Assembly: GCA_002633005.1 (NCBI GenBank) | Contig: NMRA01001138.1 | Coordinates: forward strand, 12,696-50,452 | Direction of reading: 5' to 3' | DNA from: Phoronis australis | Lineage: Eukaryota > Animalia > Phoronida | Length of the DNA: 37,757 bases | Part shown: positions 25,758-37,554 of the stretch, piece by piece | How the letters are laid out: each line of letters begins with the position of its first letter | Numbering within the stretch: the first letter of the stretch is position 1 | Program-made: the position numbers and the translations under genes | Notes under the pieces: model-generated | The model's database searches: none | What the model was told of the DNA's origin: nothing | What the model saw: the letters and a program-made list of their open reading frames with translations, nothing else

Positions 25758-26255
25758 CGGTTAGCAACGGCTTCCGATAATTTTATTAATTAGTCGTGCC
25801 ATACTCCGGAAGTGACATTTAGGGGGTTAAGAATTTCCTTCCATTTCGTTTTCATAAATTCTGACTGTGTGTCCTGTCGAGTCAGTCATGGTTTTACCTT
25901 GATTGTGATCAGTTCGGTAGTCGTTTTCATTTGTTAACGAGCCAGTCAACACGCCGCACGGTTGGTGCGTACTGGGGTGTACTCATTATCGCTCGCACAC
26001 TTTGGGTATGCCATTACACAGCTTTCCGAAAGATGACAGGCTCTGCCACACTTGGCCCGTTCGTAGAATACTCATCGATGGGAAGTGGTGACGACAATTT
26101 TAGGAGACCAACACAAAAACAACAGTAGAACAGATCCTCCCAGTAACTCGAACGCACCAGAAACGAAATGTCGGTAAATTTTTTAACCCCCTAAACGTCA
26201 CTTGCGGAGTAGTGCACGACTAATTAACAAAATTACGAAGAGCCGTAATTAACTG
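25758..26255. mobile_element. ~500-bp MITE with ~78-bp imperfect TIRs
   Basis: TTAATTAGTCGTGCCATACTCCGGAAGTGACATTTAGGGGGTTAA (left) versus TTAACCCCCTAAACGTCACTTGCGGAGTAGTGCACGACTAATTAA (right). The similarity extends to C(A/G)GTTA termini. Confidence 0.85.
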
Positions 26256-26719
26256 AAGCATATGCTTGGTTTAATCAACGAACCGTATTTTTACTACAAA
26301 TAACACGAAAAAAGGTTGCCTTCCCCTTTAAAAGCGCCTATGATGAAATAATAAGGCGGGGCGCTATGGGCCAGCTTAGTGAACAAATCTTGTGTATTCC
26401 CTCAAAATAAGGAGGGTCGCTTTGTTTCACAACAATAAAACTAAGCGCTTTTGATGGACGAGAGTCCAAGGTTATTGGCAGTTGGATCTCCTCCAAGAGG
26501 GATAAGGATGCTTGATTGCAATCGTTTAAGACAACATTAGGAAGGTTTGAGTGGGAGGTGCTCGAAATTGACCTATCGCCAGGATTACGACTGACGGCTT
26601 AACTGGCCAATCAGAACACAGCATTCTTGACACACCTTCGTCTGCTTTTTCTAAGCCGCCATTTTACCCGAAAAAGAGTACGTTGGCGTGTTCATACATC
26701 AACAAATTTTGGCTTTATA

Positions 26720-26935
26720 ATGGTAAAACGGTGCTGCTATGGCGTCTGCAAGTCTGACAGCCGGTATGCGGCTAGAGAGAAACATCCTGTCTCATTTTGG
26801 CCATTTCCCAAACCGAAAACTCATCTCGAGCAGTGTAAGGTATGGATAAAACTCTGTGGACGGCCACACGTACAGCTCATTTTGGCAATGTTGTGTGATT
26901 ATCCCAAGGCTAAACATAAATATATTTGTTCCAAG
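26720..26935 (+). pseudogene. Transposase exon 1: THAP zinc-finger domain
   Basis: MVKRCCYGVCKSDSRY...FWPFPKPK..LEQCKVWIKLCGR...YICSK, ending at the donor AAG|GTAAGT (26935/26936). The exon supplying the final HF was not found. Confidence 0.9.
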
Positions 26936-28048
26936 GTAAGTATATTTTTCAGTTTGGTGGCTGTAGTGTAGGCGTATCTGAATTCAACTACGCAGTTTCA
27001 CTCGTCTGGCGGCATTTGTCTTAGCACCTGTTTGACCGTAGTCAGCCAGCTAGCTGTATGAACACTGTCGTCAAAATACATACTTAGTATACAGCTTTGT
27101 ACCAATGCTAGTTTTACCCCAGCACTGACAATGGGCACTATTATAATGAACATCGTTTTGTTTTGTGGCAAAGTGACAAACCATTTTTATTTTTTATTCA
27201 TATACCAATAGGGTGGTGCCTAACTGAACTTCTATCTAAAATTGTCATTTTTAGTTCGATCGACATAGTCGGGAGGGTTACTGCCTTTTACTGAACTAAA
27301 GCCTTGTTCGAGCTGTCACAAAAACGTTAATTTATTTTTGTTGAGAACCTCTAGTTTACACTTCGTCTATGGAGTTGGAGAGGTGAGGTGTCCTTTTGTA
27401 GTTGTTCAAACAGGATATTTTAATTTCTGAAGCTTCAAAAGTATATTTTGTAAATATCCATTTTTTGCTTCTGGGTGCCAGTGTGTAATCTTTTGTAATC
27501 ATGTCACAACTTAGTGATTATGCTCCTTTTAGAATTAGACCACTCTCCGCAACAAAATTGATTTAATTTTGTTCTTTGCTTGGATTAAAAGTGGCCACTG
27601 AGAATAGGAGAAAAACTATAATTGTGCATGACAATGGCTTTAGGTTGAATTTTACAAAAAATATAACGTAAATTGTGTGTGGCAATAATGCTAAGCTTCT
27701 AGCCAAAGCAACAATCAAGAAGTTTTTTTAAGCAAAAATGTCTCATGTACAACACTTCATAATAGGCATTTTCAATATGAATGAAATCACAGCACTAAGG
27801 CAAAAGTTGAAAAAATGCGTGCCCCTTTCTCGAATGAGCAGCAACAGTGGCAAGCCTGCGAGAAGAAATATATTGCCCAAGTTAGACGATTTTCAGTTCA
27901 CCAGATAAATACATTTCAAACAAGTGACGTGTTCGGAGTGAGTATTACGTCTAAGGGAAACAATACGACTGTGGCAAATTTCACAAATCTAAAAATTACA
28001 ATAAGAATCACTTTAATTCAATTTACAGTCGTTCTCACACGTTTCAGT

Positions 28049-28160
28049 TTCACCATGGCAGCTTACCAGATTTCACATCTCAGTGAAAACTCAGCTGAAT
28101 GCTCATATAACGGACCGACACATGCTGATCCAGAAACTCAAACTGTGGAACCAGTAGAAG
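28049..28160 (+). pseudogene. Transposase internal linker exon
   Basis: Acceptor ...CGTTTCAG, peptide ...SYNGPTHADPETQTVEPVE, phase-1 donor G|GTGGGT at 28160/28161 matching the phase-1 acceptor at 29129/29130. Confidence 0.6.
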
Positions 28161-28919
28161 GTGGGTGCAGTTTGGCGACATGGCCAATAAACACGTTTTT
28201 CATCTTCTCAAGAATTTGTTTCATGACACTGAGGTCGGGATGAATCCGTTGTATATGCAAGTCTCTTCTTGTGTATGTCACAAAATCACAGAAAGAAGCT
28301 CCAGACACTAACAGCTACCCTTGAACTTGGAACCAATGACTATGGTCATTTCGCAACAAAATTTCATCTCCAAATTTGGATAAAAACAGAGATTCTTTTT
28401 TTCGTAAGTTGTAAGTGCTTCTTGAAGATTCATATATCGCATGCTGTACGGGCATTTCACTTCTAACAGCCCCACCTCTTCAATGTCGTATACTTTCCCA
28501 TCACGCGAAGCTCCAATGAATGGAAATTCAGGATTAACTATAAATCCACAGTCATGAACGTGATTACCCGTTTGCTTCCGATACATGTTCTTGGTAACTT
28601 TTTCATTGCACGTTCCGTAAGTGGCGGCAGTTGCCTGAAATGGTTTGGGATTTATCTGTAATTGGAGCCATACGAAGCATAAACCGCGCAAGGTTAGACG
28701 CTGTAATTCTCGCCTCAAATCATGTAAAGCAGTTACTGTAGCTTGTGCACGAGTGTCATTCTCTAGCTTTCTGGCATCCTCGAATGTCATCTTCATAAAC
28801 TCGTATTCTTCCGCAAGGCAAGTAACGGCGTTAGCAATCGGACTGGGATGTGGGAAGTTCAGATCGCCACAAGACTTTGATTCTCCAGAAGGTCCTCTGG
28901 GCAGATGAATCAGGGGAGC
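28138..28919 (-). pseudogene. YqaJ/lambda-exonuclease-like gene, terminal (catalytic) exon
   Basis: Acceptor TCTTGTTGCAG|GCT at 28920/28919. Motifs LENDTRAQA, YGTCNE, CGFIVNPEFPFIGASRDG, LLEVKCPYS, then after a frameshift HWFQVQG*LLVSGASFCDFVTYT...IQRI. Stop TGA at 28140-28138. Confidence 0.92.
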
Positions 28920-30442
28920 CTGCAACAAGACAGAATTAAGATGAAAATCCATGAAAAACCTTAAAATTCCTTCGAACAATAATGTAACTCAGCATAAAGT
29001 TTCTGTCTTTCAGGCTTAAGTACATTTCACCTTTGGTGATCGAGGCATTTTCAGCATGAGTGAGGTAAATCTTCAGTGAAATTGACAATTTTGACTATAA
29101 ATTATATCTCAAAGTGATTTTTATATCAGGCCCACCAGGTTTGGATTATTTGGCTGTTGCTGCTGAAAACAAACTTCTTGAAGCAAAGTTGAAAACTTTA
29201 ACTGATGAAGTTCATCGAGGAAAAATAAAAGCTGAAACAAAGAATGCAGCCACCATGGGATTTTCTGTTGCTTCACTCAAAAACAGCCACGTGAAGTATA
29301 ATTTTGAATATCACACAGGATTCACCTTCGAAGAATTTCAAAATATATTTGATTTCTTAGTCCCAGATAAGCATGAACTTCTCCAAAACAATCAGCAGCT
29401 TCTTTATGAAAAAGCTTCAGGAAATTCTAATCACAAAAGCCAGTGAGAATCTCACTCCAGTTAGATTCCAGTGAAAATATAACTAATTAAGGTGATATTT
29501 AAATTGGTGAGAAAAAAATTCTCACTCTAATGAGAATACAGTGATATTCCACTTAATCTAACTAATTTGCAGAGCATTCCCACTCAGTGAGAATTTGTTT
29601 TTTACTGAAATTCTCAGTCAGAAGGAATGCTATGCAAATTAGTGAGAATTTGTGTTACTGAAATTCTCACTGAGTGAAAATCTCACTGGGTGAAAATTTT
29701 GCGAATGTGCCTTTTATACAGTCACTCACTGAATAGATGAGAGATCAAAGCTTTTTTGGTAACCAAAACACAGCTTATTTTTGTGAGTTTATCTTGAAAT
29801 TTTACTAAGAATACAATTTAATTGCAAATTGTGAAATATTACATTTTCACGAAAGACGTCGCTCTAGTCGGTTAGCGACTAGTTTTCCACATTTGGCACA
29901 GCACATTTCCAAAATACCGCGAAAAACGGGTGATGAGGCTGGATCTCGAAAGATCATATCGGTTCGTATCCGTGCCAAATAAACCGCAGAAAAAACCTTT
30001 CGTCATTGTTGTAATTTGAATGCATTTCGTAGCAGTTAGGACTAAGTTCTTAAAAATGGTAAATATAATCCTTGTAGATGAGAAAATCCGTATTTGTCGA
30101 CTCGTTTGTGTATCAAAATTAAGACTTATCTCCCTTGTCATGCATACTCGGGGAATTCCCTGTCAAGGGAATCCCCGAGTAGAATCGCGACGAATGCGGA
30201 CGATACTGGAGTACCTGTAGTATTAATTGAAGCAATTTTAAAACGAAAAACATCATTGAAACGGTTTAGTTATCACTAAGTGAACATAAGAGGTTCACTG
30301 TGCGATTAAGATGAAACTAGCAGAAGAAGCATAGTTGACAGGTCAACTAATTGCTCTTTTGACGTTCCCACACTGAACTGCAATTTGTTTGCTTATTAGC
30401 CATGTAGTTCACCAAACTTTAGTAGATATTTGCCGTGCACTA

Positions 30443-30620
30443 ACAGCGCCCCGAAAGTTGGGGGGTCGGCGATGTGACCTGGTGTTCCCCCCCAAAAAAC
30501 CGGAAACCCAATTCCGCCGTGCTCTGGGGTTTTCCTGTTCCTTGTTGGAGAACTCCATATTTCTTTACGCTCCACACTGTTGCTGTTTAATTTTGCTTGC
30601 ACCAGCCGGGGGGGTGGGGT
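30443..30620 (+). mobile_element. Degraded fragment of the same MITE family
   Basis: Shares CCC.AAAGTTG.GGGG and CTGTTGCTGTTT.ATTTTGCTTGC with 30713-31018. Confidence 0.6.
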
Positions 30621-30712
30621 CAATACCAGAACAGCAACAATTTTTTGCGAGACATTAGTGATGTTGATACAGATGATGAAGAAAATAGTGGTGTCGTTTT
30701 GTAGTACTGTTC

Positions 30713-31018
30713 CAGTGGCGGATCAGGGACCAGAAGGGGGTCCCCCAACACCTTGCCTCGGGGAATTGGGCAGAGCGCGGTTGTATGTGTACAGGCGTCC
30801 CAAAAGTTGCGGGGGCCAGGAGTATGAAGCTTCTGTGCGGGAAATCTATAGACTAATTTTAAAAAGAAAAAAATCGGGAACGAGAGCCCGCCACGATCTG
30901 GTGTCCGAGTCCCCCCCTCTCCAGTATCGGTCCTAGTTACATTTCCTCACGCGTCGCGCTGTTGCTGTTTCATTTTGCTTGCGGCAGCCCCAGCCCCCTC
31001 CCCCTAAATCCGCCTATG
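30713..31018 (+). mobile_element. MITE (hAT5-like), perfect 5-bp TSD TGTTC
   Basis: CAGTGGCGGATC...CCCCTAAATCCGCCTATG. TGTTC at 30708-30712 and 31019-31023. Same family as 13451-13737. Confidence 0.88.
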
Positions 31019-31934
31019 TGTTCCAATTAGAGATATAATTAAAGGAAATTATCAAGTAGTGTTTGCTAACTTTGAGGCTCTGGCATCAAAAAGTGATGGT
31101 GTGAAATGCTTGCAAAAGAAGAAGTTAGCTTTCAAAACAAGGGATTACCTGACAACGTGGCAATTGTGGTAATCAACGAAGGACACATTGTGTTAGAATG
31201 GTGAGTTTAATGTAGACAAAAATACTTTCAATGACATCTATTCGTATCACAACAGGTTTCACAGCACCAATTTTTATGCTTTTTCTAATACCCAGAATTT
31301 CCAAATCTGAGCCTGGAAAATTTACGGAAATCTGGGAAGGCTGCCAGAAATAATCAAAAACATAAATTTATTCAATGCAGATGCACTAAAGAAAAAATGC
31401 CTCCCAAGAGACACGACAACCTGGATTTAACAAGGAACCCAGCAGCCCTTTTAGGTCACCCTGAAATACAAAAACTGTCGGAAATCCACATCATTAAAAA
31501 TAAGATTTTCATGGGTGATTTTACTGTTGAAATTGCCCTTTAATTTTTGATTTTTGATAGAATAACACCATCAGTGATAGTGTTATCAAAGCAAAAAATG
31601 TGCAGAGAACATCATGTAGACATGCATTCTTAACTATATATATATAGGAAATCCAAAATATATAACATTTTAAATGTTTATGTAAAAGTAATTCTGTATT
31701 TTACATTGACGTTAGATGCTAAAGGCACAATTGTAACGTTTCATTAAATCGTTAAACCATTTATTTTTTCCAAAACATATGTAAACAATAACATTTTATC
31801 ACATGGCACAAGTTCCCTTGGTATGTATCAGTCTATCCAATAAAAATATTATTCTTTGATCAAAACCCCCTTAAGTATATTAAGCACTGAGATCATTCAA
31901 TGGCTAACTCACCATGCAACTGATTTTAATAACA

Positions 31935-31953
31935 ACACACACACACACACACA
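31935..31953. repeat. (AC)n microsatellite
   Basis: About 9.5 AC units. Confidence 0.9.
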
Positions 31954-34900
31954 TCTTGTGAAAAAAACACTCATAGCTTACATATCAGAAAGTCCCTCAA
32001 GATTTTTAAATTGAAAGCATTATGTCATGACTCTTTAACCACACTGGTACTACCACTAATATCTGCTTCAGAGTCATTAACTGAAATGGACTATTGATAT
32101 ATGTTGTCATTTATGATTTCTACCTTTCGTCACTGACATTTTTAAAGCTGGTGTAAACTACCACACCACCACTAAAGATCAAAAACTAAACAATAAAGTG
32201 TCATTACTTTTACAACCTTTTTTCTTAAAGCAGATCCTCTTATAAACAAAAACAGTCATCCATCAGTTTTACAGTTAACTACACACTGAATTTCAAAAAT
32301 TGATTACGCACAAATTCTCTAGTTTTGGACAGTGAATAATTATTTTGATCAAAATCGGAGCTTGTCCCAATTTTTAGAAATTTACACAATTGTCTGCCAG
32401 AAATTCAAGGGGAATGGTAACAATTTATTAAATGTTTGTCATGAGAGTCACTTTTTATGAACTTACAGGAGTGTTCTTGCAAGCTGTTATGCTACAACAT
32501 AGCGTTGGATTTAAAAAGCATGAAAATATACAAATCACTCACGCCTCAAACTTCAGGATGAAAAATTTAAATTTCAGCCATGATTTCTGTGTTCTGAATT
32601 TAGGAGGCTGCCTCAATCTCGAGTATTTTTAATATAACATATCACCGATCTAATTGCTATCATGAAATATGTCACCTTTGCTAAAAATATGTGTTAAAAA
32701 CAATTATAAGCTATAAATGTGAGCCATATGAAAAATGTTCAAACATACATGTACACCATTGCCAGCATGGTGACGAATACATGCAGCAGACAATAACCTC
32801 TGTACGGCTGTGAGGCTTTTTAGCAAACATCTACAGGTATCCCATGCATTATGGCTTTCAATTTTTACAAGCATGACAGATGTGCCCCCTAGAATTATCT
32901 GTGTTCAAGTGAGTTGACTCACGGCTGTAAAATTTTAATCAAGCTGATCAATTTTAGTACTGTAGATGGGAAATATGTTTAATTAACCTTTTGCAGAAAT
33001 TCTATAATAGCTACATAATTACAAAATATGACTGCTCGCATATAATGGTCACTGACATGGATATCAAATTTCATCCACTGACAGTAACATACGCTGGAAG
33101 ATTTAAGGCGAATTATGCCTCACACTGGCGGGAACGGTAAAAATAGGAGGGCGCGCAGTGTAAAACTGGCCAGTTGACGATTTGGGCAACTGAACGAAGG
33201 ACTGATTGTAGAAAAAGTTACATTACAGGAGTATTTGTTTGTGTTGAAAGAAATTAAAAATATCAATGGTTACCTAAGGTGTCCCTCTATGAGCAAGAGC
33301 TGAGGTACTTAAACAACATGACTTCGATGTTTTTATCAGAGTGAGGAATAAGTCACCGAAAATCTATCAATGTATGAAACTCTCAGAGGCGCTTCACTGT
33401 TTCTGCTGGGGCCAGCTAGAGACGGTGGTCACTATCTAATCCACTAAGTAATAGGAACGTTATTGGTTATTTTTTGCAATCCGTGTTATTCAGTTGTTAC
33501 ATTAATCAATTTTTTCGACCATGTCCTTGTCCTGTCGTCCGTTTCCTATTTTTCCCTAGTATAAAGTGACCGACAACACGTGTATTCACCTGGTGAAATC
33601 TAGACATTTGCTGTCACTGACCGTGTTCCATCTGGCTAACACTAACAGCCTGATTCCGTGAGGTACGTATAACTAGTGAACCTGCGCTAAAGTTATTACA
33701 ATATGTTGATAGTGTCATTCTCAAAACCAGGGAACATAATATCCGACTTGTTTCCAAAGTAGTTAGACGTGATAAGACTGAACTCTGAAGTCGAAGTCCA
33801 AGCGGCCAGCCCACAATCACAGTGATGTGTCGAAAATCACCAACTTATCTTCAATTCAGACCCTTTTAACTCACTTTTTAAGCAAGTACCACCGTGCAGA
33901 CGTACACGGCTTGTCCAGGTTAGATTCCCGGTTCGGACATTGATCTGTGTCGGCATTTAGAACAGTTGTTCAGTAACATTTACATTGATTCAAAAACGCA
34001 ATAGATCTACTGACTAAACCCAGAAATCGCGAGCCACCATGTTTACAAAAGCGCCGTCTACAGAGGAAAATGATAGAAGTGAACTACTTTCGCGCAGGCA
34101 AATGTACTCCATATGAGTAAGATAATACACGCAATGTTGGCTTACGTAGTAATTGGAAATATTAAGCAGAAATAAACTAAAAACTAGAATGTTTTTGGTG
34201 AATCACCAAAATACTGAAAACTCAGCTGTCAACGCAGAATGAAGACACCAGTCTAATACTTGTACTTCATGCACTCTACTAGATGTATGAAATGTACTAA
34301 CCTTAAGCTTATTAACACACAAAATCAGTCTAGGGTCCACTCTGGTTGACTTGCAGACAAACTGTTCAATAATTTCACAATATTTGTGAGAAAAACATCA
34401 ACAATCTTTAAGCTATTTCTCCAACTGCTCATTCCTGGTGCCATTTTAGTTTGATTTCAGAAATCTGGTTCAATTGAAATTTCCACAGTTACAGCCAATC
34501 AGTGTGTTTGTTTATCTTAAATTCTCACTGAATTCTCACTCCAATTTTGGCAAGTCCAAATTCTCACTCAATTCTCACTCAGATTTTTTCTAAGTCTGAA
34601 ATTCTCACTGATTTTCACTCAGAATTTTTCTAAGACCAAAATTCTCACTGGATTCTCACTGTTACATAACATTTTCTCACTATTTTCTCACTGACTGCCC
34701 CTGTTGTTCAATTCACACTGGGTTTTCACTGGCATTTCTAACTATAATTTGTGATTTGGTGAGAATATAACTGGAATCTAACTGGAATCCAGTGAGATTC
34801 TCACTTTCTTTTTCGTAAGGGAGTGCTAAGAACATGTCACTGCAAGAGCAACTCCTGCTTACGCTAACGAAACTGTGATTGAATTTCGATTTCAAACACT

Positions 34901-35818
34901 TGGCAACTCTTTATGGGATATCTCCTCAGGATGCTACAGCACATTTCAAAGAGTGGGTCAACTTCATGTTCAACAAATTTGGATCAGTAACAATTTGGCC
35001 AGACCGCAACATTCTCTACAAACATATGCCGCCAAAGTACAAGAAAGATTTTCCAGACACTTTCCTCATCATAGATGGCACAGAAATTAAAGTGGAAAAG
35101 CCGAGTTCCCTGAGAATCCAAAGTCAATGTTATTCAGATTACAAGTCGTGTACTACTCTAAAAGGACTTGTAGGAGAGGAACCCAGGGGATCATTTACTT
35201 TTATATCCATGCTATTTTCGGGGTCAATCTCAGATAATGATATCACAAGATCAAGTGGCTTACTGACAATGCTTCAGCATTGACTGCGGTAAATTAAAAC
35301 AAGGTGATGGCATCATGGCAGACAAAGGCTTCTTAATTAGAAAATAAATTGAAAATATTGGACTGAAATTATACATCCCCCTTTTGCACCAGGTTGTGGT
35401 CAGATGTCACCCAGTGATGTTGCCTTAACCAAAAAGATAACTGCTCACAGGGTCCATGTTGAAAGAGCTATTTCAAGAGCGAAAAAATCAAAATTGTTGA
35501 CCATAGATTAGCGTTAAGTTTATTTGCTTTTGTGAATCAGATTGGGTTCGTATGCTGTTTTTTAACATGATTCGTGCCATATCTCATACAGGAATAAAAT
35601 GCATTATATTTAACTAAAGCTGACTGAACATGATTATGCTCAAATATGCCTCACATTAGTGGATATTTTCTTCAAGCTTGAATTTCAAGATTGTCAAAGC
35701 TTTCTGTAAATGATTAAAAAGCTTGAACAATATTCAATTGGTCTTGATTAAATAATGTCGCTAAGCTAGTTGTGCACCTTTTAGATCGATTAATGTTGCC
35801 AATTATAGACGGATGTAC

Positions 35819-35963
35819 CTGATGTGCTAAGGAACTTCCCAGGCTATAAGTACCGGATGGTGTGTCAATCAGCTTGTGTGGTAGAGTAGCCCGGAATGAA
35901 ATCGGTGTGTCCTTGATTCTCTTTAACACATCCAGGTCTCGACTTTCAATGGCTTTCACCTTT
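35819..35963 (-). pseudogene. YqaJ gene internal exon
   Basis: Acceptor TTTTCCAG|A (phase 2), KVKAIESRDLDVL...LIDTPSGTYSLGSSLAHQ, donor CAG|GTACAT (phase 0) joining in frame to APLIHLP at 28919. Confidence 0.82.
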
Positions 35964-36378
35964 CTGGAAAAGATAGGAACACATTAAAATCTCTTGCAAT
36001 TTCCGAAGCTTCTTCAAGCCATAAGCATGTTTAGATCTACGAGTGCTTTGGTAATGTTTCAACTGTCTTGGGGAAAGTCATTACATTCATGTGGCAATGG
36101 TGGTTGTTTCCATTTAGTTTCAAACCATTGAGTCGTGATAATTGTCTCATTACCATGGTACACCATTTGTGGCTTAATCTCTCAAAGGGATTGTTTCATC
36201 TCACTTTGAACCTGCCTAGTTTTGGCTAGCCATCGCACACTTGAATACGCATTAAACTATTCATGTAAGATCCTATAAAATGATGCAATTTTGTGCTGTA
36301 CAGGCGATAGCGTAGAAAGACAAGGTCAGGAGGGGTCATGGGTCACTGCTAGTGGAAGGGGCCGGCTCTCATCCTGAC

Positions 36379-37133
36379 AGCCAGTGAGAATCTCACTGGA
36401 TTCCTGTTAGTTTCCAGTGAGAATCTAACTAATTAAGTATCCATTCAAATTAGTGAGAAAAAATCTCACTCTAGTGAGAATACAGTGATATTCCAGTTAG
36501 AATTCAGTGAAAATCTAACTAATTTGCATAGCTCGGTGAGAATTTCAGTAAGACAAATTCTCACTGAGTGAGAATGCTATGCAAATTAGTGAGAATTTGT
36601 TTCACTGAAATTCTCACTGAGTGAAAATCTCACTTGCAGACAAACTGTTCAATAATTTCACAATATTTGAGAGAAAAGCGTCAATAATCTTCAAGCTATT
36701 TCTCTAACTGCTCATTCCTGGCGCAATTTTAGTTTGAATTCAGAAATCTGGTTCAACTGAAATTTCCATAGGAACAGCCCGCAATCAGGGTGTTTGTTTA
36801 TCTTAAATTCTCACTGGATTCTCACTGCAATTTTGGCAAGTCCAAATTCTCACTCAATTCTCACTCAGAAATTTTCTAAGTCTGAAATTCTCACTGATTC
36901 TCACTCAAAATGTTCCTAAGACCAAAATTCTCACTGGTTTTCCCTCAGAATTTTACTAAGACCAAAATTCTCACTGGATTCTCACTGTTACATATCATTT
37001 TTTCACTATTTTCTCACTGACTGTCCGTGTTGTTCAATTCTCACTTGGTTCTCACTGGCATTGTGATTTAGTGAGAATCCAACTGAAATCTAACTTGAAT
37101 CCAGTGAGATTCTCACTTTCTTTTTCATAAGGG
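36379..37133. mobile_element. Short copy of the same ATTCTCACT element (left terminus missing)
   Basis: Aligns to 29438-29687 joined directly to 34352-34821. Ends CTTTTTCATAAGGG. Confidence 0.9.
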
Positions 37134-37554
37134 GGAGTACCCCAAGCACCCTAGGGGAACAACTTGGTTTTGAAGGATATGGAGAGAAATGTTGACTGGA
37201 GAGGGCTCCAAAGTAGGCATTTAGTTTGGGCGAATATCTTTAGTCCTCGCAACGCCAGTGTGGACATTTAAGTCCATTACAATGTCAGTTCAATTCAGCT
37301 CAGTAATTTGTTGAAGTTAAAAATTATCTTCTGTCAATCAAATAAAATATTAATGATCAGTTGACTATTGTAGCGTGCTGCATTCACAATAGTAGTGAAA
37401 CAAAAAGTAAGATTTGACAAAATTGAGGTCGCTAAGTATCAGCAAGTCAGTGTAGTTGAAAGTATAAGCCAGAACTTAATTTAGAATTTTGTGAAGGACC
37501 AAATCACTTCTGTGATGAAAGTGTAGCATGATTATGTTGTATTCTAATATCTAC

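Larger units (their letters stand above)
29401..34821. mobile_element. 5.4-kb non-autonomous TIR element with dense ATTCTCACT subterminal repeats (EnSpm/CACTA-like)
   Basis: Termini TCTTTATGAAAAAG (29401) and CTTTTTCGTAAGGG (34821). Arms 29440-29690 and 34520-34805 are built from AGTGAGAAT/ATTCTCACT units. Transposase coding sequence resumes immediately after 34821. Confidence 0.82.
29130..35597 (+). pseudogene. Transposase terminal exon (coiled coil, HTH, DDE catalytic domain), split by the 29401-34821 insertion
   Basis: 29130-29400: GPPGLDYLAVAAENKLL...HTGFTFEEFQNIFDFL. 34822 onward: SAKNMSLQEQLLLTLTKL*LNFDFKHLA..YGIS, IIDGTEIKVEKPSSL..QSQCYSDYKS.TTLKGLVG, GSISD, IMADKGF, RVHVERAI. Stop TAA at 35595-35597. 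Internal stops and frameshifts. Confidence 0.93.

Noticed and set aside
28308-28979. Phage recombinase or bacterial contamination / horizontal transfer
   Set aside because: The gene has spliceosomal introns and is paired with a THAP-DDE transposase, as expected for ISL2EU.
34879-35283. Domesticated host gene (HARBI1-like)
   Set aside because: Multiple stops, frameshifts and a 5.4-kb insertion indicate a dead transposon copy.
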